64,000 nt of DNA from Trichodelitschia bisporula (lineage: Eukaryota). The translations under genes were made by a program, and so were the position numbers. Below are positions 10,894-22,322 of this stretch, one piece after another. The DNA is taken from NCBI GenBank assembly GCA_010356995.1, contig ML996698.1, positions 121,923 to 185,922 on the forward strand. The letters are read 5' to 3'. Each line of letters opens with the position of its first letter. The first letter of the stretch is position 1. The notes beneath the pieces were generated by a model that worked only from the letters and a program-made list of their open reading frames with translations, made no database searches and was not told where the DNA came from.

Positions 10894-13344
10894 TCACTCT
10901 CCCTTCTTCTCTGCCTTCGCCTCGTCTTTCCCCTCTCCCTCCCCCCCCTCCGCCTCAAACACCAAATCAACCTGCTTAACCGGATGCACCAACATAGCAG
11001 GAAGACACATCCTCCCCTCCCCCTCAACCTCATACCTCTCCCCCCCATCCGCATCAACCCTATACCCCATCCACCTCTTCCACACATTCGGCGCAAACCC
11101 AGCGTGGTAATACCAGCTCGTCCCCAAAAAATGATGCTGCCTCTCCTCCGTAAAAACACTACTCCTCGCCCCGCCACTCGCCCCATTCCTCCCCCCATTA
11201 AACACCCTCGCAAGATACCCCGTCGGCCACACCCGATCGATATACACCGGATGCGGCGCGTACACCGCCTTGAACCCATGATGCAACGCACAGCTCGCAG
11301 GCCACATCTCGCTGAACATGCTCTTGCGGCCAAACACCGTATCCCCATGCATGCGCATCAGCAGTTTCCGACTATACCGCCCAAACGTATTGATCGCGGC
11401 ACGCCGCGGCGGCAGGCCCTGCGACGTATTATACCCCGTAACATCCTCCGCAAGCAACCACCCCGTCCCCGCGGGATCGAACAGCGGATTGAACACAACA
11501 AGATCCGCCTCCTCCCCAACACCCCACGTGCCCTTATCTGCCTTCTCGCTGCCCGGCGGGCGGACATCGTCTTTCGAGTCCAACTCGTCATTGACCGGGG
11601 GTTCAGGGCCCCAGACGGGCTTTTCGGGCTTGCCGGCGGAGGCCATTTCCTCCTTCACGCCCGCCGGGACATCCGGGTTGTGCGCGAGCGCCGCGTAGAT
11701 ATTCCCCTTACTCGCGGTCCCGTGCTCGGTCTGCACGCGCACCATGTGCGAGAAATCTTCCCAGGTGCCATGTTCCGCCGGGACGTAGAAGCGGGCATTG
11801 CGCTCCCACAACCCTTTCCGGGGCTGGGCTTTCGCCCACGAGCCAACGCGGTCGAGGAGGTGGAACCAGTGCCCCGTGTACCGCATGTCCATCTCGAACT
11901 GCCAGAAGAAGTCGTACTCCGGGTGTTGACGCGCGAAGTACGTGACAGGCTGCCAGGTCGAGCGGTACGCGCCATGGACCGGTAAGTCGCGGTAGTGGCT
12001 CTCGTGCAGGCCGCCGTATATCAGACTCATCTGGCGCTCGCTCCACAGCGTGCCCATGCCGCGGAACTCAGCTGGCAGAGAAGCATTCAGCACGCGCTGG
12101 TAGACCTCGTCTTCAGCCCAGATCTGCAGATTGTCGTCCTTGACGTGGATCAGGAAGTGCACGGTGTACGCGCCGCCCGTCTGCAGCGCGAGTTCGTGCA
12201 CGAGCGAGCGTAGGAAGAACAGATCCTCAGCGTCGTAGTCGTAGTCGTGCCACGTGCGGATCACAACCGCCGTGCGCGGGAGCAACGTCTCCGCCCTATC
12301 ACTCGCCCTAAACGTTTGCCTCCCATCCTCGCCCATGCCCGTAACATTCCCCCTCCCCTCCGCGGACTTAAAAATCGGCGGTTCATCCTCAGGCCCACCC
12401 ACCGCCATCGTCTGATAAAAGTGATTCGGGCCCTTACGGCTTGGGCGAAGCCGATGGCGATTCGCATCCTCGCAGCGCCGCTGCGCGTCCGCCCAGTGCA
12501 CCTTGCGGTAATCGACGTAATCAGCGCCTTCCCAGACCTTGTCCGCGCCCTCGCGGTCGCCGTCCATGCCAGACCCGCTGCCGCCTTTTTTCTTACTATA
12601 CCCCAGCCCGTACGGCCCGAGGCGCCCGTACCGCTCGAAGCACACATCGTTGCGCAGGCCAAAGATGTCGTACGAGCCGAAGATGTGGTCGGGCATGCCC
12701 TTGGGAACGCCAGGGAAGGCGCGCACGGCGGGGACGCGGACTCGTTTCTCAGCATCGACGAAGCAAGGCTCCGGGCCGTCGCCGGGGTAGGGATCGAATG
12801 GCACGTCGTCCATCGGGATCGTGCGCTTGACCGGCTCCTTCTCCTCCTCTCCAACCTCCTCCTTCGTATCTTCTCTGGCTGGGTATTCCGGCACATTCTT
12901 TTCCCTCGGCACCAACGCCCTCACACCCCCATGATATCTTTGCAAGAACGGAAACGCCTCCCACACGTGCGGCGGCGGCGGCGGTTTCATTTCCCCCGTC
13001 TCGACGCTGCGGATGCTGGCGTAGTGCTGGCGCGTCAGGGCGAGCATGAACAGCACCACTGTGCTGATGAGCGCGAGGCTGAAGATACGCCCGCCCGCGC
13101 GGGGGGAGCACTGGCACCAGGGACGGCGGGGGGGAGGGGCGTAGGCGTGGGCGCGGGCGCCGCGAGAAGGAGAGGGGGAAGGGGAGGGGGAGCGCAGCAT
13201 GGGGGCGTGGGAGGCGGAGGAGGCGCGGCTGGAGTAGGCGGATTGGGGCGAGGGGGAGGATTTCTCGAGATCATAGTCGCTGTCGTTGTTGTGTCGTTTG
13301 CGTTTGGCGGAGGGGAAGGAGGAGAGGTGGGTTGAGGGGGACAT
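10894..13344 (-). CDS. DUF3405 family type II membrane protein (816 aa)
   Basis: Long single ORF with one N-terminal TM; motifs CFERYGRLGPYG, RTAVVIRTW, FFWQFEMDMRYTGHW, PRKGLWERNARFY, WGVGEEADL, MLVHPVK. Confidence 0.88.
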   Translation of the reverse strand: MSPSTHLSSFPSAKRKRHNNDSDYDLEKSSPSPQSAYSSRASSASHAPMLRSPSPSPSPSRGARAHAYAPPPRRPWCQCSPRAGGRIFSLALISTVVLFMLALTRQHYASIRSVETGEMKPPPPPHVWEAFPFLQRYHGGVRALVPREKNVPEYPAREDTKEEVGEEEKEPVKRTIPMDDVPFDPYPGDGPEPCFVDAEKRVRVPAVRAFPGVPKGMPDHIFGSYDIFGLRNDVCFERYGRLGPYGLGYSKKKGGSGSGMDGDREGADKVWEGADYVDYRKVHWADAQRRCEDANRHRLRPSRKGPNHFYQTMAVGGPEDEPPIFKSAEGRGNVTGMGEDGRQTFRASDRAETLLPRTAVVIRTWHDYDYDAEDLFFLRSLVHELALQTGGAYTVHFLIHVKDDNLQIWAEDEVYQRVLNASLPAEFRGMGTLWSERQMSLIYGGLHESHYRDLPVHGAYRSTWQPVTYFARQHPEYDFFWQFEMDMRYTGHWFHLLDRVGSWAKAQPRKGLWERNARFYVPAEHGTWEDFSHMVRVQTEHGTASKGNIYAALAHNPDVPAGVKEEMASAGKPEKPVWGPEPPVNDELDSKDDVRPPGSEKADKGTWGVGEEADLVVFNPLFDPAGTGWLLAEDVTGYNTSQGLPPRRAAINTFGRYSRKLLMRMHGDTVFGRKSMFSEMWPASCALHHGFKAVYAPHPVYIDRVWPTGYLARVFNGGRNGASGGARSSVFTEERQHHFLGTSWYYHAGFAPNVWKRWMGYRVDADGGERYEVEGEGRMCLPAMLVHPVKQVDLVFEAEGGEGEGKDEAKAEKKGE

Positions 13345-13849
13345 TGTGCTGGGGCATGTGGGAGCTTGTGCCAGGCGGTGGAAGGTGAGGTCGAGGCGGT
13401 TAGGGAAGCATGTGCATGAAGTATTTACAGATGGGGTTGGTGGTGGTTGTTGGGTTACCTGGTGCGAGTTGGGATGGTGGTTTGTAGCCGGTTTGCTTCG
13501 CGCACCTCGCCATCTCTAGGGGCGACCGAGGGCACGGGCCCACCCCCATCCTGCGGGCATCGAGGCATCACCGCATATGAGATGAGGCATCAACACTCAA
13601 CTTCATCTTGACAGGTCACTGTGCCACTTTGCAATAACATTCTCACTTTTTCTCGCCCTATTCTTAGCAATTAAGCCGTAAGGGCTCGATGCCTTTCAGA
13701 TAGATACATTCAAATGGCCTCAATTCTATGCGATCGCCATCAAGTCCACTGCCCCCGCCATCCAATCCGCAGTGCACAGTGTCGAGACATCGAATCGATT
13801 GCGCAAAGTAATAAAGTCTACAGATATTGATACACCACAACTAACTCAC

Positions 13850-15133
13850 TCAAAGCTCAGGGGCAAAGTACACCTGTCACGATTAGCACCGTCCCTCTTC
13901 GCCACCATCTCAGAAGAAAACTCACCGGATGAATGCCCATAACCGGCGCATACCCCCCCGCCGACTTCCCATGCTCATGCCCCATCGCCTCATTCAAATG
14001 ATGCGCCGTAGTGTTATACGTCGCGCCCACATGAATAATATCCCCAACCTCAAAGCTCGCAAAGTCCCAGCAAGCCGTGGTATCCGACAGATGCAGCCCC
14101 TCGTCGTTCTTCTCGCCCGCCTTGCCGTTGCCGCTCATGTTGTTGATGCCCGTCTTCTCCGCGTACCCGGGCTTCGTGCCGTACAGCTGGTACGACGTGC
14201 AGGTCGACTTGCCGTTGATGTAGAGATTGGTCCAGACGCCGCCGTCGTGCGTGTGGCCGATGGTCGTCAGGATGCGCCCCCGCGTCGTCGAGTTCCACCC
14301 CGGGGACTTGAATTCGTAGAAACCCTCTTGCGGCGGCTGGTAACTGCCGTCGCAGCCCGTGATGTCCATCCAGAGCATCAGCGCGCTCTTGTACCCCGTC
14401 GTCGTCATCGGAACCCACTCCCATTTCTACCCCCATCAGTCAGTAAAGCCCCCCGCAACCGAAACTCCTCACCACTCACCATAACAATATAATACTTCGC
14501 AGGCTTCGTATCCTGATTGACCAGATCATACAACATATTCATCTGATCCCCCCTCTGCAACGGATACCCATACTTATACCTCCGATTAATCCGAATCGGC
14601 ACCCTCTCATTCCCACTCGCAAACATGCGCGCCGGATACGGCACCGTCGTCCCACTGCAAATGATATCCTTCTGCGAACTCAACACCCCATACCCATTAT
14701 GAATAATGATATGGTGCAGCCACGCCCCATCCGCCACATTCGCGACCCCCCCACCCACAAACTCCAAATCCGCCTGCATGGCCGTGATGTAGCACCCGCT
14801 GCACGGGCTGTTCATGTTCACATACAGCCCCTCCCGCATGCTGTGCGCGCCGACTTCAATCGGTCCATATCTTGTCGCAGTAACCACGCCCCCGTCCCGC
14901 CCCGTGGCGTTCACAACCAGATCCGCTTCCAGATTCAATTTGTCCTTCGGCGGCAATTCGTACACCACAGCCTTGTCCGGCAGCGGCACAATCTCCTTGC
15001 GCGGATGCGCCTGCGCCGGCGGCGCGGCGTCGCCAGTCGAAAACGCGTTCTGCGGTCCCGGGGCGGGCGCAGCGTGCGCAGCGCCAGCGAACAGGGCGGC
15101 GACGAGCCCAACAGCTTGGAGAGAAGCCTTCAT
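13850..15133 (-). CDS. Secreted protein with HH, HxH and Met motifs (possible type II copper monooxygenase-like fold); 3 exons
   Basis: Signal peptide MKASLQAVGLVAALFAGAAHA. Intron 14427-14479 joins YYIVM|KWEWVPMTTTGY; a second intron joins MGIHP|VYFAPEL*. Motifs WLHHIII, GHTHDGG, PVMGI. Confidence 0.75.
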
Positions 15134-16162
15134 CGTGATCGTCGGGCCGGGTACTCAAAGGAACGAAAGCGGACAGCGTCGAAGTAGAGAGTGTGCTCCC
15201 CCCTCCCCCACACACTCCGGGAACAAGCCGTCTATATCCCACTCCCAATTCCGCCAATTCCACAATATCGCCTCTTTGCCCCCGCTGGCCCTATCCCAGA
15301 CTATGCCTGCCCACCCAACCCCCCGGACTCAATCCTCGGCCGTAGTGTGTGAGCTGGTAGCTCGCGTGCGCCATCAATGTCCGGCGACTAAGACTTGCCC
15401 TCTGCAAAGACAGATAAGCGGCGGGATGGGCGGAGGGATGGGGTACCGTAGACAACGTCCCTGATCGTCGGAATATCCGCCCAGCTGCACATGCATCTCG
15501 CGGTGCCGTATCACACACCATTGCTACACCTTCACACCACATTTCAGCGGTAATCCCCCATTAGCGGATATAAGCCCCCAGCTGATTCCTCAAGATCCAG
15601 CCTCACCAGATCGTCCCCATCCCTACCTCCTCCCTCACATATATTGCCCTCCCCACTTGCCACAGCCGCACATAAACGTACAACAGCATCTTAGCGAACC
15701 CTGCAGTGAAATTGACCAATTCGCTAATGAAAAAAGTTCGCCTCCAGCACGCGCACCACTTTACTCGATGAAGGAAATTCGCCCGCTTGCCCCAACCCTA
15801 CCCACAGTACATATCCGAAAGGTCACAACCCAAATCCGAGGCTGCCAAGACTCGGCATCACAAGCCAAACGGAACCTCACGACGACCCCCAAGTTTCAAG
15901 TTTCAAAGATTCCGTGAGCCGCTTCCGTAGGGCGCAATTGTGGGGTAGCCTAGAATTAAACGGCCGGCAGAGCTTATTCACGCTTCCGCCTCTGAAGAAC
16001 TCCCAGAAAAGCTAAATCACCACAATTGCACAAGTCGCACCTCAACTCAACAGAAAATCCGTAAATAAGAACGCACCCCTACAGTACTATCCTGCGGAGC
16101 AAGTCCACCCAGCCATCCATCAAGATATCAAGAGAATACAAGCAACCCGTCCCGCCACACGC

Positions 16163-17674
16163 TCATCTCCTAACGCTCATGAATGCCTGGTGGGTAATCG
16201 AACCCCTCCCGCTCGCCCCCGTAGAACTCTTCGCTCCAACCATAGTCTTCACATCCTCGTCCGCATCCGATGTCAAATCCACCGTCTCTCGATAAAATTT
16301 GTTGTTGGTCGTCGTGGGCTGCAAAGGGACTCGCTGGCGCTTAGCACAAACATCTTCGTATCCGAATATATTCTCCCTCTTCACCCCCGTAGAACCCTTT
16401 GCCCCAACCGTAATTTTCACATCCTCCTCTGGGTCTGATGTCAGATCCACCGTCACCCGATAATTTTTGCTGCATCCTACAAAAGGAGGGTTACAACCGC
16501 CGAAGGGCGTTCTGCATTTCAGATGGACAGGTGGGCGAGCGACAGGAGTGTTGTAGGCCCGTGAGGGACGAGCGACAGTAGTGTTGTTGACCCCAGTGGG
16601 ACGAGTGACAGGAGTGTTGTCGGCGAATGTGGGACGACCGACAAGCCTGTCGATAGTTTTTTTGGCCTTCCAAAAGGCAACAGCACGCCTGGCGTCCGGA
16701 TCTTCCTGCCAGAACGTACCCCGGGTACCACCCTCCTGCCGTGGAAGCAGGCCGGCCCCGGAAGAAGCATCCATGGGGACGGGTCCGTGCGTGCTTCCAG
16801 ACTGCGCATGGAAGAGCTGGGGGTTGCGAGTAGGTGGACGATTTAGCGAGGGAGAGGGATGGTGCAAATGAGGATATGGAATGGCCCCATTGGCGTTGAA
16901 GTGGAGAGGAGGTACGCGAGGCGGATCTTGACGCAAAAATGCATATCGGGATGGGGCCGGTTTAAACTGAAAACCGTTCTGCTGGTGTACATCCGGGTCT
17001 AGCTGGCTGGTATCCACTACGGCTTGGCCACCTCCAGGCGCATACGGGCCAGCGTTCTTGAATGCCTGATTGCCGCCATTGATGATGGTTTCACTGGGTA
17101 CGTGTGGAGCATGCGACTGCGGATGAGGCTGATGAATTCCTGTCCGCGAGGGAAGTAAAGACGGTTGATTTAGCGGAGCCGGCTGGCGCAGTGGGGGCAT
17201 CTGAGAAGGGACCATTGCGTTGCGGAAATTCCGAGAAACTTGGTGGTCAGGGAAGCGCGGAGTCCGGAATGGCACTTGCTCGGATTCCGTGCTTGCTTGA
17301 GGCTGGTGGTGTGAAGGCTCAGGTGAAGGCTCAGGTTCAGATGAAGGCTCAGGTTCAGGTTCAGGTTCAGGTGAGGAGTCATCGACACCCCACGCCTCCT
17401 CAATGTCGAGGCGCATTCCGGGCGTGAGCCTGAGGCCGCCCCACAAGGGTTTGCGTTGGGTGGATGCGGCGGGCCTGTCCGCGGGCGGTGACTTGTTTGC
17501 GCGAGCCCTGGCGACAGGACGACGGTGAGTCGAAGGTTTCCGCTCCGTTGGAGTGCGTTGCGGAGAGGTTTTGCGCGGTTCCGGCGTGCAGAAGCCATTG
17601 CGTTGCGAGTTCAAGCACTGTCGCTTTGAAGGCGATGCGTGGCCAGTGTCTTCGTCGGGCAGTCGCTTGGACAC
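16163..17674 (-). CDS. Hypothetical disordered, probably nuclear protein with duplicated VDLTSD motif
   Basis: 503-aa ORF; basic NLS-like stretches; PEPEP repeat; two copies of YR.TVDLTSD..EDVK..VGAK.STG. Confidence 0.6.
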   Translation of the reverse strand: MSKRLPDEDTGHASPSKRQCLNSQRNGFCTPEPRKTSPQRTPTERKPSTHRRPVARARANKSPPADRPAASTQRKPLWGGLRLTPGMRLDIEEAWGVDDSSPEPEPEPEPSSEPEPSPEPSHHQPQASTESEQVPFRTPRFPDHQVSRNFRNAMVPSQMPPLRQPAPLNQPSLLPSRTGIHQPHPQSHAPHVPSETIINGGNQAFKNAGPYAPGGGQAVVDTSQLDPDVHQQNGFQFKPAPSRYAFLRQDPPRVPPLHFNANGAIPYPHLHHPSPSLNRPPTRNPQLFHAQSGSTHGPVPMDASSGAGLLPRQEGGTRGTFWQEDPDARRAVAFWKAKKTIDRLVGRPTFADNTPVTRPTGVNNTTVARPSRAYNTPVARPPVHLKCRTPFGGCNPPFVGCSKNYRVTVDLTSDPEEDVKITVGAKGSTGVKRENIFGYEDVCAKRQRVPLQPTTTNNKFYRETVDLTSDADEDVKTMVGAKSSTGASGRGSITHQAFMSVRR

Positions 17675-17780
17675 TATGTGAGGAGGAAGGCGGGCACCCT
17701 CCGCGGGTTGCGCATGAGCTGAGCGGTATTCCCATATCCTACTAGGGGCTGGCGGTTCGATTCCATGGCTGCGAATGAAA

Positions 17781-18203
17781 TCACGGAGGTTGGCGTTCTC
17801 CCTGTTCTTTGTTAGCCCGGTATAAGGAGGATATTGCGCGATGATACCTTGTCAGGTCCTTAAAGCCTTCCATGTAGTGTGAGACTTCGGGGTCCAGGGC
17901 TTTTCGGCGAGTGATTTCTGCATCGAGTTCTTCATAGGATTCGACTGTGTGCAGCACGTGGCCCAGGAGCATCCGGGACTCTGCCAGCTCCATCTTGATG
18001 TGCTCCCAATTCTCCTGGTCTCCATCTTCGAGCCCCCTCACCAGGGTGCGAATCCGTTTCCAGCACTCCGTGGTGTGGTCCATGAGTTTGTCCACCTCCT
18101 GCACCTGACGAGCTACTCCGGTCGGCGGCATGGCGTTGGACGTTTTGAGATTCGGCGTCCGGTCGCCTCTCACAGTCGATTGGCTGGAAGAGGATGCGGG
18201 CAT
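17781..18203 (-). CDS. Small hypothetical helical protein
   Basis: ATG 18203 lies within the 289-aa ORF; the C-terminal half has amphipathic helix composition. No family recognised. Confidence 0.4.
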   Translation of the reverse strand: MPASSSSQSTVRGDRTPNLKTSNAMPPTGVARQVQEVDKLMDHTTECWKRIRTLVRGLEDGDQENWEHIKMELAESRMLLGHVLHTVESYEELDAEITRRKALDPEVSHYMEGFKDLTRYHRAISSLYRANKEQGERQPP

Positions 18204-18353
18204 TTGTGGACGAGCTGTCTTGCGAGGCTGTGGGTCTTCCCTTGATGCTATTGCTAGCTCTACACAGTGGAGATTCTGTGGCGACTGCTGCACGGATGCT
18301 GCGCAGCGCAAAGGTTCGAAGAGACAAACAGGATCGATGCGGTGTTGGGTGTC

Positions 18354-18659
18354 GGAAGCTTGATAGCAAGTATCGCTGCACGGGATCGATGCTATCAGTT
18401 CGGCGTTGGGTGTTCGAAAGCTTGATGGCAAGGCTCGTTGCCGAAAGAGATCGAGAGGATTGATGTGACAGTGGGTTGTGATGGAAAGCTTTATGGCCAG
18501 TATCGCTGTCAGGAAAGATCGACGGGATCGACGCGATGTTCGGTGTTGGAAAGCTCGATGGGAAGTATCGCTGCTGCGTGTTGAGAAGCTGCGAATGAGG
18601 ATGTGGTGGAAGTGATCGAGGTGGATAGCTGATGGAAAGCTTGATTGCAAATATCGCTT
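18354..18659. repeat. Five degenerate copies of an about 26-bp motif (GGAAAGCTTGATGGCAAGTATCGCTG) with variable spacers
   Basis: Copies start at about 18354, 18415, 18483, 18548 and 18634. Confidence 0.75.
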
Positions 18660-18996
18660 TTACAAAAGAGATAGTTGCGGATGAAAACGAGGTGGAGGTG
18701 CAAGTGTCGCTGGCGAAGGAGAGAGCTGCTGATGGGAACGAGGGTGGAGGTAGCAGGGGGACAGTGAATGGAAACTCCAAGTGAAGCTAGTGCTACTGCA
18801 CTCGATGAACAATGGGTAAAGCACGCCCCCGAGCCCCGAGTCGTTGAACAAGAGGGAGGAACGACCCCTCGCCAAGACCCGATATCACCTGTTGAAGCTA
18901 TCGCGACCGCCAAAAAAGCAAGCAGCATGCATGCAGAGGGATCACCATTCTACTTTCAATACCTGTTTATCTGAGTATGTACATGCCACAAAGCCA

Positions 18997-19663
18997 CTAG
19001 TGAAATGTCCGGCAAGGATAGCTATGACGTTAGCAGAGCCCAACGGCGCGTGGAGATAACTTACTCTCCCTCATACGACTGATCCTGGAGCAGAGTGTAC
19101 CTGCGGTAGCCCTCTTGCGGAAGCGGTGTCTGACCCGCAGGCAGCGGAGGCTGTCCATCCGGACCCAGCACGCCCTGAGCAACACCCGTCTCCTTCGCAA
19201 AGTACGTCGCCAGGCTCTCTTGCTTCGCAGCAACCAGCTGCTTCGTGCCTGCCTCGCCAATCTGCAGCACATCCTCCCGCGGCGCCGCCTTGCTCCCCAC
19301 CGTCAACAGCGCAACCACATCACCCTGGGTCACGGCGCTAAGTTGAGGGTAGCGACGGCGCATGTCCCGCTTCCAGTAGGCATTCTCGGCGATGTCGGCA
19401 GCCGGGACCGTAAAGGGATCATCGTACGTAGCCGGGTCGAGCGCGCCGGGCGGCGGGTTGCGAAATTGCGGGTTGAGCGGGATGCCGGTGGAGCGCTTGG
19501 GGTCAACGGCGAAGATGCGGTTGATGAAGCCCCAGAAGCCGGTCGGTTGAACAGTGTATTTCTGCGCTGTGAGCGGGGCACTGCGCGCGTGTAGTAGGCT
19601 TACCTTGAATCCAGCTGATCTGGCCCCGGACTTGACCGCTGATACAGCGCGGCCTGCCGACAT
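18997..19663 (-). CDS. Mitochondrial complex I accessory 21.3 kDa subunit (NUO-21.3a/NUZM-like); 3 exons
   Basis: KYTVQPTGFW...AVDPKRSTGIPLNPQFRNPPPG...PAADIAENAYWKRDMRRRYPQLS. Intron 19562-19603, plus a last intron giving the C-terminus GDYPCRTFH*. Confidence 0.92.
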
Positions 19664-20743
19664 GGTGATGGTCAATTGGTGGTGGAGTGGGGAGGAGGTA
19701 TGAGAGTGCGTTGGTGTGAGAGGTTGCGACTCTGTGGCGCTCGGTCTGAGTGGTTGGTCTGTGCGCGCGGAAGCCGTGACGCAGTGGCGGTGCATTTGGT
19801 GATCATCGACGCAAAACCTCAAGTCGACATCAGCAATTGAGGATAGCACGCGAGGGACGACTGTTCATCTACCTCAACTACGTTGTGACGGCCTTTTCTC
19901 AGCTTTTTGCTGGAACATAACTTCGCTTTTGCTAAGGTCCAGTCGCGGATGAAGCCCACCAAGCTCTGCTAATCCAGTCTCTACAAACGCACTCGAGTAT
20001 TGCGACCCAGCACGCTGCTGTGGTCTCATCTCAGCATCTGCTAACATACAGTAGCAAAGAGCTTGATTCAGCTTCTGGCCTGGATAAGTATAGCACACGG
20101 TTGGATCCCGTCTGTCCTCTTGAATCTCCCTGAAAAAGCTAGCGTCCGAAGTCCTGCTAACATTGTATATCGTAGTGACTGACACTCAACGGAATGAAAA
20201 CTCCAATGTCGCTCGGAGCATGTCACTCCAACGCTGATGACGCCCTATACATATGGCAGCTACTCTGTAACCGCTCTGGCGCGTCCATTGCAGCTCACTC
20301 TTGACCCCAACACCCGTTTCACCGTCACCAGACAACGCCTCCAAAGCTCGGTTCTGAAGCCACATTCCCCCACGAAGCTACAGCTGAGAAATACATCGTA
20401 CTGCAGGCTAGCGGTTGGTGTGCCGGATGCATCAAGCTCGGCAATACAGTACCGCTGAAGCTCCTCCGGCGACCAATCATGTGCGACGGGAATGAGATCT
20501 ACTAACATGCTTTCAACGAGCTTCCATTGCGGCTTTTCTTGGGGATAGTCGATATTCAATACTCACCGTTGCATCAAATGCAATCAGGACCCACATAGCT
20601 CCGTATAAGCAGTACCGTAGTATGTGCAACCGAAGCGCGGGGCACCTCGGTGTCTCGGTCTCCCTTGCACCGAGAGCCTATCGTCAACTACCCCGCCAAC
20701 GCCTCGAGCTACAGCTTCCATTTCTCCCCTCACCAAGCTCAAA

Positions 20744-21645
20744 ATGTCACTCAAAGGAAAGCTAGCTATCATCACTGGCGCCTCCCGAGGTACATCCTTC
20801 TCCCCTCATAAATCCTGCAGCTGCAACTAACACTAGCAGGCATCGGCGCCGCGATCGCCGAGAATCTCGCCGCGAAAGGCTGCAACGTGGTGCTAAACTA
20901 CACGGCCAACTCCTCAGGCAACCGCACCGTACAATTGGCCATCGATCTCGACAAGCGCTATCCCGGCACCGTCTCAGCCGTCGTCCGAGCCGATATGGGC
21001 AGCGAAACGGGCCCCGCGGAGCTAATCGCAGGGGCGAAGGCCCATTTCCACGATCCCAGAACCAACGATCCCTTCCAGATCGACATCATCATCAACAACG
21101 CCGGCGTCAGCGTCAATAACGTGATCGCCGAGTGCGACGCCCAGGACTTCGCATACCAGTACAACGTCAACGTGCGCGGACCGCTGCTCCTCGTCCAGGC
21201 GGCAGAGCAGTACCTCCCGCACGACCGCTCGGGCCGCATCGTCAACATTTCCAGCGTGAGCTCGAGCCTGGGCTTCATCGGACAAAGCGTGTACGGCGGG
21301 ACGAAGGCGGCGTTGGAAGCTATGACGCGCACGTGGGCGCGCGAGCTCGCAGAGCGGTGTACCGTGAATGCAGTTAACCCCGGCCCCGTCGCGACGGACA
21401 TGTACGGCGGCACGACGCCCGAGTTCCAGGCCCGCATGGCAAACTTCATCCGCACCGCGCCGCTGATGGTAGCGCGGGAGGGCGTAGACTCGGCCGAGGT
21501 GTTGGAGCGGGCCAAGGGCGACGGCGGCCGCGCAGCGTACGCCTCGGAGATCGCGGGCGTCGTCGGCATGCTTTGCCTACCCGAAGCGGGGTTCACGACT
21601 GGTAGCGTGGTGTGCGCAAACGGTGGGATGAAGTTCTCGGTCTAG
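20744..21645 (+). CDS. Classical short-chain dehydrogenase/reductase (3-oxoacyl-ACP reductase-like); 1 intron
   Basis: TGASRG|IG Rossmann motif across the intron, NNAG, NISS, YGGTK, VNAVNPGPV.T. Confidence 0.92.
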
Positions 21646-22322
21646 TAGTGGGTTAGGCGGCACGTGGGTGTCTGGATGTCACTGGTCTCTTTAGTTCCTA
21701 CGGCTGATCGGGGCTAGCGGGCTTTGTTGGGTTCTAGGCCTGGGTTGGGGAAAAGGCGGGCGCCGCTTGGGCGGCGAGGCTCCATGCCTGTTGGTTCGTG
21801 CGGTATGTTAATGCCGCCACCGAATCGCGACATCGTGTGCAACACTACCCCAGGACTATGTCACTCCGCCGCGGCCGAGCCACCCAACAATGGTGAATAA
21901 GTTGCATTTTCTATCTCACGTAGTGTGTACTTTAAGGAACTTATTCGCCATACCGGGGGCGGATTCTATTGTGCGCGCTTTGTGCTTTGTGCTTTGTGCT
22001 TTCTTCGAGGGCTTTGCTTTGTCGCGTGCGCCATCTCCGCAATCTCGAGATATACCCTTGCATCATCGAAAGTCCGTGGCACACTTTATACCAAACGACC
22101 CCACTGCGCTCACGCGAGGCTTCTTATACTTGCCTGCGCCAAGTTGTCCGTTCTCAAACTATCTAGAACTAAACTCTTGTCTGGTCTTCGTTTCGTTCGT
22201 AGCCTTGGCGAACGCGCCAGCCTTGCCGACGACATCTCAGCCTTCTGTTCTTGGCCCAAGCCGCATGAGCGATGGCGACGAGAGATGGAGATGGGATGGT
22301 GAAACAGGAGGGGGCGGATGCA

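Noticed and set aside
10984..13335. Long plus-strand ORFs (333 and 362 aa)
   Set aside because: Antisense shadows of the GC-rich DUF3405 gene.
18354..18659. CRISPR array
   Set aside because: Eukaryotic DNA, degenerate repeats, related and uneven spacers, and no cas genes.
19874..20559. Two minus-strand ORFs between the complex I gene and the SDR
   Set aside because: No ATG-led model or recognisable motif; may be a relic.
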